Source of the DNA: Octopus bimaculoides
Lineage: Eukaryota
Direction of reading: 5' to 3'
DNA: 64,000 nt
Assembly (NCBI RefSeq): GCF_001194135.2
Contig: NC_068981.1
Coordinates: forward strand, 32,840,914-32,904,913
In this document: in pieces, positions 52,531-64,000 of the stretch
Layout of the letters: the number at the start of each line of letters is the position of its first letter
How positions within the stretch are numbered: the stretch's first letter is position 1
The notes under the pieces: model-generated
Database searches by the model: none
What the model saw: only the letters and a program-made list of their open reading frames with translations
What the model was told of the DNA's origin: nothing
Made by a program: the position numbers and the translations under genes

Positions 52531-55500
52531 TCACTGACTATGTTAACAGAACTTCAAGTCACACTAACATCTTCATCATTATTTAAAATCTGTTTCCCAT
52601 GCTGGCATGGATGGTTCAACAAGAGCTGGTGAGTCAGAGGACTGTAGCAAGCTCCTGTGTCTGCTTTGGCATGGGTTCTATGGCAAGATATCCTTCCTGA
52701 TGGTAATCACTTCACAAAGTGTACAGGGTGCTTTTTACATGACACCAGCACCAGTGAGGTCACCAAATAACTCACTAGAAAGGACCCTGTGACTAAGTGG
52801 GAACTAATATTGTGGGAGGTGGCTTTATGCCAGGTGATGATAGGCTAAATTTCAACAGAGACAAGAACAGGTGTCTTGCTGAAGAGGAGATACATGGTTG
52901 CTCCATTAAAAGATATATTCTGAAGAAATTCCATATTGTAAAACTAAAGCGTTACATAAATGGCTTCAAGTTCAGTCCCACTACATGACACCTTAGGCCA
53001 GTGTCTTCTTCTACAGCCCTGCGCTATAGTAGAAATGTCCAGGGCTAGAGTAGAAATATAGTAGAAGGGCTATAGTAGAAACGCCCAGGCACTCAAATGA
53101 AGCCTGAGTGGATCTGATCGACAGAAACTGAAAGAAGTCCATTGGGTGCGTGTGTGTGTGTGTGTGTGTGTGTGCATGGATGCACATGTTTGTGTCTCCT
53201 TGTCTTGACATTGCATGATAACTGCAATACGAGTGTCACTGTCAGACATGCTACAGCATTCATTTCCAGTTCTTTGTGGAAACATGTCTGACTATGGGGG
53301 AAATATTGCCTTGCTTGGAAACAGGTGAGGTTGGGCAAATGGAAGAGCATTCAGTCATAGACAATCTGCCTCAATAAATTGTCCTGCTGAAGCAAGCATG
53401 GAAAAACAGATATTAAAAAGATGATAATGATACATATTGTACAATGACTGAATGTAGTCCGGTTTTAGAGGGAACTAAAATAGTTGGTAACAGAAGGGGC
53501 ACCTGGCCATAAAATACTGCTTCAAAAAGATAACCTCATGAGTACAATTCAAAATGGAGGAAACTGTTATAGGGCCTGCGAGGTTAACTTCCTATTTTGG
53601 GGAAAAACCTTTTAAATGTCTGTTATGTATATTGTACACAGTACACTTAGTACCCACTACAATACCCAGTCCTTATTGCAGTGAGATGGCATGCATGCTC
53701 CATAACCAAGAAATATGCCAGTGGAGTGCAAGCTTTTGGTAATCCCTACTTCTCCTCCCCACACTGAATAAGCCAAAGGATAGAGGCCAGATTAATATAT
53801 GGATCACCTCTTCCCAGGGGTAAAAATGAGTTTAAATAGGGCCAACAACCCTACCAAGTAACAATCAAAATTCTAGAAGCATCAATGACAATTCAAAACT
53901 AGCAACAGCTGGGAGAGGAAGGCCTTCCCTCAGGGCAGCTCAGAGTCAAGAACTGTGGAGAAAAGCTATTGATGACCAATACTCCATAGGGAGAAAAGGG
54001 CTGAAGTAAATACACTCAATACACATACACATTGTAAATCTCAAAATAAGTTTCATGTAAAAAAAATGAATAACTATAAGTAACACAAAATTTTAATTCA
54101 TATTTAAAAAATAGTTAACATATTTGAATTTAAAATAAGAAAACCTAATGATACAAAAACAGATAATGCTTGATGTATGAGCAAAAATATGATTTTATAT
54201 TCTTTTTCTTTGTGTTGATTTTTCATGAGGATTTTTTTTTCCCTGATTTCTTCTGAAAATGAATTTTCTTGTTGAAATTTTTCCTAATGAAATCATTGAA
54301 ATTTCACCATAATCAAATATTTTCAAAACTTTTGAAGAGGGAAAAGAAAAAGAGATATAAAAAAAATCCCTAACAACAACAAGCAATTTAATTATTAAAA
54401 TCATATTTTTAAATGGATTTTGTAAATAAATTTCAAATTAAATCAAGTTATTCCAAAAAATTATTCATACATTTCATACATACATTGTGCATATGTGCGT
54501 ATATAAATGAGTGCGCATGTCTGAATGTGTGTGTGTGTGTGCGTATGTGTATGTGTGTGAATATGTATTCATACCCCAACACCACTCTATAATTAGGATA
54601 TTTTAAAGTAGATTTCCACCAAACTAAATCTATATTTGCTGTCAATTGCTGCTGTTTCTCACCTGTCAACTACCAAACCTGATTTGATTAATTAATAAGT
54701 CAATATTTTGCATTAAAAAAAAAATAATAAAAAATTTAAAAATTTAAAAAAAACATCTCCATTTATAAATTAAATTACACCAAAGAAAAGTCAGACAGTA
54801 GAAATGTGCAAAAGCAAGCAAGTGGATAAAGTTGACAAAAGCTTTGGTTATCTATTTATTTAATTATTGGTCACACTTACTGATGAAGCTGTACGAGAGT
54901 TTACAGAGAAAACAGACTTTTTTTTTTTTATAGAACAGTTGAGAAGAGGCAAAAACAAAAAAAAAACAAAACAAGCAAAAGAGAGAAAATGATTAAAACT
55001 AAAAAAAAAATTGAAGTGGAAGGATGATAGTGAAGTGGAAGTGGAATGGAGATGGTTGTGGTGATGATTACAATAGCAATGACAGCTATGTTTAACAGCA
55101 TATCATCTAAATGAGCAAACCTCTTAACAAGAACATTCCAAGTGAGACCACTCCATTTTTTTTTCCAAGACTATGTTATCCAATGAATCATTCATTTTTT
55201 TTTTTTTAAATATATTTTTTAACAAACAGTAAGGATGCAATTTGAAGATTTGGCTGTTGTTTCTTGCAAGTGAAGCAACCACATAGAAACTCCTTCAATG
55301 GCTTGAGAGATTTTTGCAGTGGTGGTAAGAGTAGTGGAGAGGAAAAGTTCTGAGTACTTTCCTTTATAAATACCACTGCCATCATCATCATCATCATCAT
55401 CACAACCTCCACAACTGCAATCATGCTCCTTATGCATATAACACCTACAAGACATCATTACCACTTTCCATGCTTGAAGACCCCTGTGGACATCAACAGA

Positions 55501-56269
55501 GGAGTGGAGAGCCAGTGAGGAGAAGCAAAGATGAGTAGAAGGCAAGGCAAGAACTCCTGCAGCTGTTAATACGGCAGGAGTAGAATAAATCGAAAAAAAA
55601 CAAACAAAAAAACAATAGCAGCACAATGCTGGTGATGATAATGATCAAAGTATGATAACATGGATTAGAATGATGACGATGAGGAGGAGGAGGAGGAGGA
55701 GGATAGAGTCCCACTAGCATGAGTGAATATTGTGAAGTAGACCCACGAAGGCCTACACATACACAGATGTAATATTAGCAACTCGAACAACAACAACAAC
55801 AAATGAACAATACAACCAAAGGCCCACAGGACACCACCAAAGTAGTACCAGATCACATAGCAATGCTGGAAATGATAAGAAGATGGTAGTTCCTAAAGCA
55901 ACCAAAAGTGACCATGGGATAGATAATGATGAACATGATGACCAGTAATATACTAAAGTATACTGCAGCTGCAATTTGATCTGGTCTTCTTCCTTTAAAC
56001 AAGTAGAAGAAATACATGTTATGCCAGGTAACCAGAGAGATGTATCTATTTCATATTGAGTTACAGCTCAAGAAAGTTAGTTCATAATCATATATAATAC
56101 CTTAATGCATAAAAGCTAAGTGAGAACAATCAAAATTTATGAACTCAAACTCCTTTTCTCTCTCTTCAAGCCTATCAGAAGCAGGATGAATAAACCAAAA
56201 GAGGCACTCCAAATCAACACAGTAAAACTATGTTAAATGATGACTATGATACAAAAATAAGAGAAATAT

Positions 56270-56485
56270 TTAACCCTTTAAACCAACCATAACTGGCCTA
56301 AATATTGTGTGTTTTATGCTAAAACTGACCAGATTCAACCTCTCGTACTTACCCTACAATGTCATTTTAAAAATATAAACTCACATCGAAACCATGATGC
56401 TACTAGATAATGTATGATTAATTCAAAACAATGTAAATAAATAAGCAATACATTTGACAAAGAAGTCTGAATGCTAAAAAGTTAA
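56270..56485 (-). mobile_element. TTAA-flanked MITE (family E)
   Basis: TTAA|cccttt ... ctgaatgctaaaaag|TTAA; same orientation as 52300. Fragments also at about 58219 and 63538-64000. Confidence 0.8.
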
Positions 56486-58807
56486 CAAAAAGGCAATGAC
56501 TTTACAGAGATCAAGTCCTTAGTCTGCACTGACCCAGCTTAGATTTAGCTTTTACATACTTAAAGAGTACATATTTTTACTGATCTGTAAAAGAGAAAAG
56601 GCTACATCAACCACAGAAGGACTTTAGAATCATAAGCTACCAAATAAACTGCATTGCTACTACTAACACTGCATTTAATTGGACATCTTTAAATTCAATG
56701 TAATATCAAACTGAATCAATCGCTTAATTGGCAATGGCTAAGTCGTAAGCACATTTTTTTCAAGGGTTTAAGATAAAAGTCCTTTAGAACAATACAGTAT
56801 AGAGATTTGAGGAAGAAATTAGGACATGAATATTGTATTATATCAAGCAAAATGTAAAATTCAAAAACTGAAGAAATGATACGAAAAAGATAAACAGATT
56901 CCAGTAGAGCTAATAGCATAGTCTTCCAATTAGATCTAGTAACCTTCATAATTTAAATCAAGCATTTGAGTGATTAGATTTATCAAAGAGATGAACCAAA
57001 AGTCATACACTCAACCTCATATGAGATAAAAATGAAGTCGTTAAACAAGCCTACAAACCAATGTCAGCTGGAGAAATTAGATGGCAAAATAAATATAACA
57101 GGTTATACAATAATTTCAAAATAAGGCTTTGATTTCACTGAGGCTATAATAGAAGACACTTGCCCAAATGTTGCAGTCAAACTGTACCAAAAACCACTAG
57201 TTGGGAAGTAAACTTCTCAACATAGTAACACCTGTGCCCAATACAGATTTCCTGTTTAAAAGAGATCTAAAATAGCTCCCTCAAAATTTCACCAGCTTAA
57301 TAATGGCAAATTCATTTTAATGAATTCGTTATTAGTTTCAAAATTAATTGAAAAAAGCAATGTATTTCAACAGAAATATGATAACCAAAAGGGTAATAAC
57401 TGAGTATAAAAACATTTCCTTCTATGGTGAGAAATGACTGGGATACATTGACAATGTACTTATATATTTCTCAAGGGTATCAGTAATTAGAGCAAAAGGA
57501 AGCAACTCTACCCAGATAATGGTTTTCATTTACCAAACAGCTCCACAACAGCACTCTCTATCACTATGCTAATAATTAAATATATGACAACCACTCACTT
57601 TCCTAAACATCTCAAAATACATACATACATGTATGTATATGCAATACACATACACACACACATATATATATATATGCGTATTTAACTCAAGAACTAACTA
57701 CATACAACCTATGTATTTATTAGTTTACAAAGTAAAGAATTCAGAGTGAATTTTTGAGGTTTGAAATATAACTTAAAAGATTCTTATAGAAAACTAAAAT
57801 GTAACCTTTCTCTACAAAAATATCAGATTATCATTCATACAATCAAGATTTTAATTTAAATACAAATATTATATTTAACCATATATAAATAATATAAGTA
57901 TAAATGTAATAATAATCATCATTATTTAATGTCCAAGTAATATGCTGGCAGGAGTTGAACAGTTTGACAGAATTTGATGGGTACAAAGACTTTATTGTAC
58001 TCTAGTGGTTTTGGCATGGTCTCTGCAGATGGATTCCCTTCTTAATGCCAACCACTTTACAGTATGTGCTGGGTGCTTTATCTCTTCATGCCACCAGCAC
58101 TAGTAAAGTCACCATGAAACTTGCTGGAATAAGAACCCCGGGCTGTGGAGTGGCAAATGATTTGGAACAGGTCAGTAACAAAACCAAGAGTGGTCTTAAG
58201 AAGATTGGTAAGTATAGATTAACCCTGTAGCATTCAGATTATTCTGTTGAATGTAACACTTAACTATTCACATTATTTTGAATTACTCATGCAACCTCAC
58301 ACATTTGGTCAACATATAATATATATATATCTACAAGAAGATATATAAGGAATTTGAAAATAGTTTAGACTAACTGTTCATGATAAAATGATTAAGATGA
58401 CTTCTGTAATTAAGTGAAGTGACTAATTTCTTCTTGTGAGCAAATGTTTCTGAGGAGTGAAGGAGTTATAAAAAAAAGTATTTGGGCATAAAGAATGATT
58501 ATAAAAAGGACAATATTCATTTTGTGATAATTTTGTAATAAAGTAAAAGCTATATACATTAAATATAAAGGTTATGTATAGAAGAAGAAAAAGTTAATTG
58601 CAGTTAGAGCGATTAAGTCTTTCTCAAAGATATAAAAGAAATCACTGATATACTTATAGCTAAGAATTGAAACCAAATTTCATTACTGCCAAACCACAAC
58701 AACCATAATATCAAAAGTATAATAATAATAATAATAATAATAATGATAATAATAATAATAATAATAACAATAATAATAATAACAATAATAATAATAACAA
58801 TAATAAT

Positions 58808-59691
58808 TCTTTCTACTAAAGGCACAAGGCCTGAAATTTTGGCTGAGGAGACTAGTTGATTACATCGCCCCCAGTGTTGCACTGTTTCATCAACCCCGAA
58901 AGGATGAAAAGGAAAGTTAACCCTGGTAGAATTTGAACTCAGAACGTAAAGATGGACAAAATGCTACTCAGCATTTTGTCCGGCATGCTAACGATTCTGC
59001 CAGCTCACCACCTTTTCTTCTTCTAAAGGCACAATACCTGCAATTTTTACGGGAGGAGGAAAGTTAATTACATCAAACCCAGCACTTGATTGGTACTTAT
59101 TTCATCAACCCCAAAAAGATGAAAGATGGATGAAATGCTGCTAAGCATTCTGTCCAGTGTGCTAACACTTCTGCCAGCTCACCACATTAGTAGTAGTAGT
59201 AGTAGTAGTAGTAGTAATAATAATAATAAGTTTCAAATTTTGCCACAAGGGCAGCAATTTTGGGGAGGGGATCAAGTCAATTACATTGACTCTAGTGTTC
59301 AACTGGTACTTAATTTATCAACCCCTGAAAGGATAACAGGCAAAGTGAATCTTGGCAGAATTTGAACACAGAACATAAAGACAGACAAAGTGTTGCTAAG
59401 CCTTTTGCCAGGAGTATTAACAATTCTGCCAGCTGTCTCCCTTAATGATAATAATAATTCCTATTATCATTATTATTAGGGAAACTGGTAGAATTGTAAG
59501 CATGGTAGACAAAATGCTTTGCAGCAATTCTTTCTGCTCGTTGCATTCTGAGTTCAAATGCTAAGATCAGCTTAGCTTTTCATCCTTTCAGGATCTATAA
59601 AATATCTTGACCCCAGTCAAATAGTGGGGTCAATATAATCAACTAGCTAACTCCCACTTAAAACTGCTGGTCTTGTGCCAAAATTTGGAAC
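58808..59691. mobile_element. Cluster of SINE family C copies: three reverse copies in tandem, then one forward copy head-to-head
   Basis: Reverse copies at about 58808-59015, 59025-59185, 59228-59445 with (TAA)n/(TAG)n tracts; forward copy about 59476-59691. Confidence 0.82.
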
Positions 59692-59840
59692 TATCATCAT
59701 CATCATCAGACAACTCTCATTGGCATTGGTACACTTATTAATAATAACAAGATTAACATTTATTAATAAATAAGATTAAAAAATAATTAGAAATAATACA
59801 TTTCTAAATCTCTCAGAGAGACTTAAGCAGTAGTGATGCG

Positions 59841-60004
59841 ATAAAGTAGTTGTATACTGCCAACTTAACGTGACAGTCCCAATAAGGGAATATACTACTG
59901 CTGTTTAGCCCTAGGAAGCTGAACCGCTTCCTAGGGCTAAACAGCAGTAGTATATTCCCTTATTGGGACTGTCACGTTAAGTTGGCAGAATACAACTACT
60001 TTAT
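59841..60004. repeat. Near-perfect inverted repeat: 79-bp arms, 6-nt loop
   Basis: 59841-59919 is the reverse complement of 59926-60004 with one mismatch; loop tgaacc. Confidence 0.97.
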
Positions 60005-60399
60005 TAAAAAATAAATAAAATGAAATAAACTGAATATCAAACTTTTTCTAAGACATAAATTTTTAGTCACTTAAAGATGAATTTTGAGAAATATCCATTT
60101 TAATAAAAACAAGTTTAAAAAATAGTTTGATTTTCTAGTATTTTCCAATTTATTGAAATGTTAACAAAAGTTTACTCAACTTATAAAAATAATAATAATG
60201 AAAAGGTGTTAATTCAATGAGTTACTTGATTTTATGTATTAGAGAAATGAAACAAAATCAACTCCTAATCAATTAAGTTATCTTACCTATAGGTAAAAAT
60301 CCTGGAAAATATAAGTTTTTAAGAAATAAATTACATGTTCTTTGACGAGAGTATCAGAAGTATGGGATATTCTGGATTGCAAAACAATGTGTTGGAGCA

Positions 60400-61550
60400 A
60401 AATCAGAACATTGTTGGGGAAAAGCTTGTATAGAATGATAGCAGCATACTCACAGACACCAAGAAGAAACACAGAAATGATACAAGAAACAGCTGAATGG
60501 AAGTAGACATATCACTGGGACAAGCTATTGAATTTGACAACAGAGTGGAAAGTATAATTAAGGATATGAAGGGAGAGAAAGAAGCCAGACAAATAAGGAT
60601 AGTCACTGAGATATCTAGTGAACAGAGATACCAGATAAAACAGTAAACTGTTATATTCAAGGAAAGGCATAGAAATAAGCAAGTACAGAAGCAGCAAAAC
60701 ACTGGACCTGTTTGTGAAAAAAAAGTAAGGAGTTACAGTAACTGTTTGAAGAGAGCTTAGATGATATAGAGTTTAATTGTGTACCAATGCCATCTTCCGA
60801 ATGAGAGAACTATAGATGTTCCCAGCTAAGAGTAAGGCTCTGTACCTAGCATTTCTCAACCAGAAGAAAACTTCTGACAGGTTACCATGCTGTTATCTGG
60901 TGATTACTAAGAAAATTAAGAGCAGATGGTTTGTTACAGCTGTACAATCCATGTCATCAACCAAGTGAGAATTAAAAAGGAGCTCAGTGAGATAAGTGTC
61001 CATCAAAGCTCAATTATCAGTTTCCGGCTTATAGTTAGTTCTCCAGGATATAAGAGTTCAAGACTGGCTGTCCATGAGAACTCCTGTGTGCAAGTGACAA
61101 GTTTTTAGATGAATTTACTGAAAAATTAAAAGAAATGCCTAATATAGAAGCAAAACGTAAAATCAGAAGCAGAAAAGAACACAGATCTCAGCTGCCATCA
61201 GAGAGATGGTCATTCTCAATATGTAGAAAAGGAGTAGGCAAGAATTCTGTACTGTGTACCAAACGTAAATAAGCATGCGCAAGAGATGCAGTAAGATCAC
61301 AGGCAGATTCACAAAGACATGCCACTCCAGTAAATATGTAATGTTAGTGCGTAGATGTGAAATGAGAGGAGAAAAAAAGAGCATAAGAAATGTGCCAAAT
61401 TATCCAAATGGAAGAAATCTGCAGATGAGAAAGACATGGGAGAAGTGGTGGAAGTTGATCACCAAAAACAGAATCACACGAACGAGATAATAGAAATTGA
61501 CAACAAATGACAAAACACTGGAAAATAAAAGTAAAAAATGCTGTCCAACA
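60400..61550 (+). mobile_element. Decayed RTE-like LINE ORF2 fragment, antisense in SmB intron
   Basis: RWSFSICRKGVGKNSVLCTK then (frameshift) RKRCSKITGR, a Cys-rich finger seen after the RT of RTE-like LINEs, and RKTWEKWWK resembling the terminal GRPRKTW motif. Boundaries approximate. Confidence 0.62.
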
Positions 61551-62790
61551 CCTGTCGGACTTGTCAAAATTTAAGTAAAACTGTAAAATGGGAGATAATC
61601 GTGTACAGAGTAACCTCCCTTCGAAAATCGTTTACCGGTCTTACTTCGTTGTGTACCAAGGAGTATAATTATACGTATTAGTTCAGAAAGATATACATTT
61701 CCATTATTGTGAAGAAAAATCTAACATTCCAGATGGTTAGCTTCAATAGTTTAAAACTAAAGGCAATGACTTTTTTTTTTTTTTTTTTTTTTACCACCAC
61801 ACTACACCCCAACACTAAAACTGTACATACGACAAGCTTGAAATAGCAGCAGCTACCTCAAATTACATATTAAAATATTTAAAAAAAATACATTGGATAA
61901 TGCTGTCCTAGTTACACTATTGCATAGAAGGGGGTGGAAATAAGATGGTCTTGACTGGAATACCTTAAATTATAGATCTGTTCGATCAGGGCTGATTTCT
62001 TACTAAACAACTAAGACTGTAATAAGAATCTACTGTAATGTAGACAACCAAGACATATAGTACTGAACGGTTTACAGTGAATAGTACTTGGATATTTGGC
62101 ATTCAAACTCAACTGAAATTAATTTTACTTTTCACTTCAGTTGATAAAATACGTACCCAGCAATACGGATATCACTTCAATCAATTGTAAACTCCTCAAC
62201 ATCCAAGGAGACTAGAGTCTACCATCGTGATTAAATTCTTGACCAAAGCTAATTCACTTCCCTTGTTCTGCCGCTAATACAATTTAGAAAGCATGAATAC
62301 CACAACTCATTCATCATCTACTGCAGAAATGGAGGTTTTGTGTTTCACCAATTAGAATTCAACAGTTATTCATTGAGATAATTCTAATGCTATCTGCACC
62401 ATTTTTCATCACAGAACAATTGTCTAAAACTGAAAATTCTACCACTAAGGTTCTACGTCATTATTACCATGAACAGAGAGAGATTCACTGAAGAATTAGT
62501 CTCCAGCATATCACAAGTTTTTAAAAACTGTATACCGTGTTAACAGAAGCAAGATTTCACTCTTGTCACAATTACTTGTTCCATTGCTAACGAGTAGGTA
62601 ATGATAGAAGAGTGATAACTCTTCCAGATAACCAGGCAAAAATTAAGCAGAGTAATGTACCTTGCTACGACAGGTAGAAGGTGAAGAGAAAATTTGAATT
62701 TCTGAATTCGGAATAGCGCACAAATCCTTGTGGAACAATGATTAGGATGAACGAAGAAGGAAAAAGGACTAAATAAAAATTGTTCAACAC

Positions 62791-62893
62791 CAGGCACAGG
62801 CATGGCTGTGTGGTAAGAAGCTTGCTTCCCAACCACATGGTTCCAGGCTCAGTCCCACAGTCAAATGACTGAAACAAGTAAAAGAATAAAAGA
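62791..62893 (+). mobile_element. SINE family A, internally deleted head-tail fusion (about 100 bp)
   Basis: Head up to ctcagtcccac joins directly to the tail agtcaaatgactgaaacaagtaaaag at a shared ccac. Confidence 0.8.
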
Positions 62894-63089
62894 ATCAGAA
62901 GGCCAATAATCTTCTTAAATAGTCATTGTAAAAATTTTTTCCAATATCTATGTTTAATCTGAATAATAATCACCTTCCATAAACTTGGTTGTGAGTCAAA
63001 GTAACTGAAATTAGAACTACTTTATAGTTCAAGAAGAAAAAATAAAAATAAAATAAAATAATTAGTAATTTAAAAAGAAAATCACTAAC

Positions 63090-63333
63090 CTTGCATTCTG
63101 GGAGGAGCTCCCATCTGTCCAGGTCGTGGTTGAGGTGGTGCTGCGACTGATGTCGCCCGTGCTTGCGGTGTCATCATCTGTTGTGATGGTCCTCCAACAC
63201 CACGTACAGGACCTTGCAAACCAGGAGCAGCAGCACCTGAACTTCCAGGAGCTGCAGGAACACCACGTCCAGCAGCACGTCCCATACCTGTACCAGGGGC
63301 AGCACCAGCCAATGGAACACGAGCAATGCCCTC
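63090..63333 (-). CDS. SNRPB: SmB/B' (snRNP-associated protein B), internal coding exon, first in window; Gly/Pro/Arg-rich tail
   Basis: Acceptor ...caaatattctag at 63334, donor AAG|GTTAGT at 63089. 244 nt reads [30 protein letters not shown]...[23 protein letters not shown]...RMQ+G, matching the human SmB segment [23 protein letters not shown]...[17 protein letters not shown]. Ends in phase 1. Confidence 0.96.
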
Positions 63334-63565
63334 CTAGAATATTTGAGGAAAAGAAATACATAATCATTAGTTTCATCAGATGTAGCAAATTAACTGCAGC
63401 TATAGTATTACACTTGCCTAATTTAATTTAAAATACAACAAATAGGTAGACATAATTTAAACTAGCAAATATTTGGTACCAAAAGAAACAAACAATTTTG
63501 AGGGAAACTATTTGTCTGTGATAGACTGCCATTATTAATTAACCCTTTAGCATTTAATCCAACAA

Positions 63566-63925
63566 TCATCATCATCATCGTTTAACGTCCGCTTTCCATG
63601 CTAGTATGGGTTGGATGATTTGACTGAGGACTGGTGAACCAGATGGCTACACCAGGCTACAATCTGATTTGGCAGTTTCTACAGTTGGATGCTCTTCCTA
63701 ACGCCAACCACTCCGAGAGTGTAGTGGACGCTTTTACGTACCGCAGCACGAAGGCCAGTCAGGTGGTACTGGCAAAGGCCATGCTCAAAATGGCGTATTT
63801 TACGTGCCACCTGCACAGGAGCCAGTCCAACAGCACTGACAACAATCTCGCTCGAATGTCTTTTTACATGCCACCGACACACGTGCCAGGAAGGCGACGT
63901 AGGTAACGATCACACTCAAATGGTG
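63566..63925 (-). mobile_element. Family D retroposon end (RTE-like LINE 3' end or RTE-tailed SINE) with (GAT)n tail
   Basis: catcatcatcgtttaacgtccgctttccatgctag...ggatgctcttcctaacgccaaccac; homologues at about 37125-37370, 37640-37795, 44140, 52595, 58000 (same orientation) and 41930, 45420, 49245-49410 (opposite). Confidence 0.85.
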
Positions 63926-64000
63926 TTATTTGCTAGCCAAAATAGTCTAACTGCTTTATGCTCACACCAGCCAGATCCAGCCTCTCACACCTACCCAGCA

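Noticed and set aside
671-53350. Numerous ORFs rich in YI, HT, CV, YVCM or poly-Y
   Set aside because: They are translations of (TA)n, (CA)n, (TG)n, (CATA)n and (AAT)n microsatellites, not genes.
63062-63431. Alternative-frame ORFs 63062-63388 (-) and 63126-63431 (+)
   Set aside because: Shadows of the GC-rich SmB exon. The track ORF starting MAGAAP begins at an internal TTG (Leu); the real exon starts at the acceptor at 63333.

Overview
AT-rich eukaryotic genomic DNA dense in microsatellites and retroposons, with six large N gaps. The repeat families look like those of an octopus (inference from recalled repeat sequences, not a database match). The only confidently identifiable host gene is the 3' half of the spliceosomal core protein gene SmB/B' (SNRPB) on the minus strand: three coding exons (63333-63090, 47040-46930, 41232-41192) join in frame with canonical GT-AG sites, separated by introns of about 16 kb and 5.7 kb. 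The Sm-domain exons lie beyond the right edge. The rest is mostly transposon debris: two mariner relics, a pogo/Tc2-type deletion derivative, a TTAA-flanked MITE family, RTE-type and RLE-bearing (R4/NeSL-like) LINE relics and at least three tRNA-headed SINE families. Nearly all ORFs in the supplied track are microsatellite or gap artefacts. The most interesting signals are inside the SmB introns: a frame-preserving cassette exon with a weak donor, candidate 15-nt and 8-nt microexons (one in frame or a recursive splice point, one predicted to trigger NMD), a near-perfect 79-bp hairpin, a 48-bp spacerless palindrome, inverted repeat pairs and a Rho-GTPase-like relic. Separately, several RLE retrotransposon 3' ends sit in or against (CATA)n tracts, suggesting microsatellite targeting. 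All regulatory interpretations are hypotheses needing RNA data.
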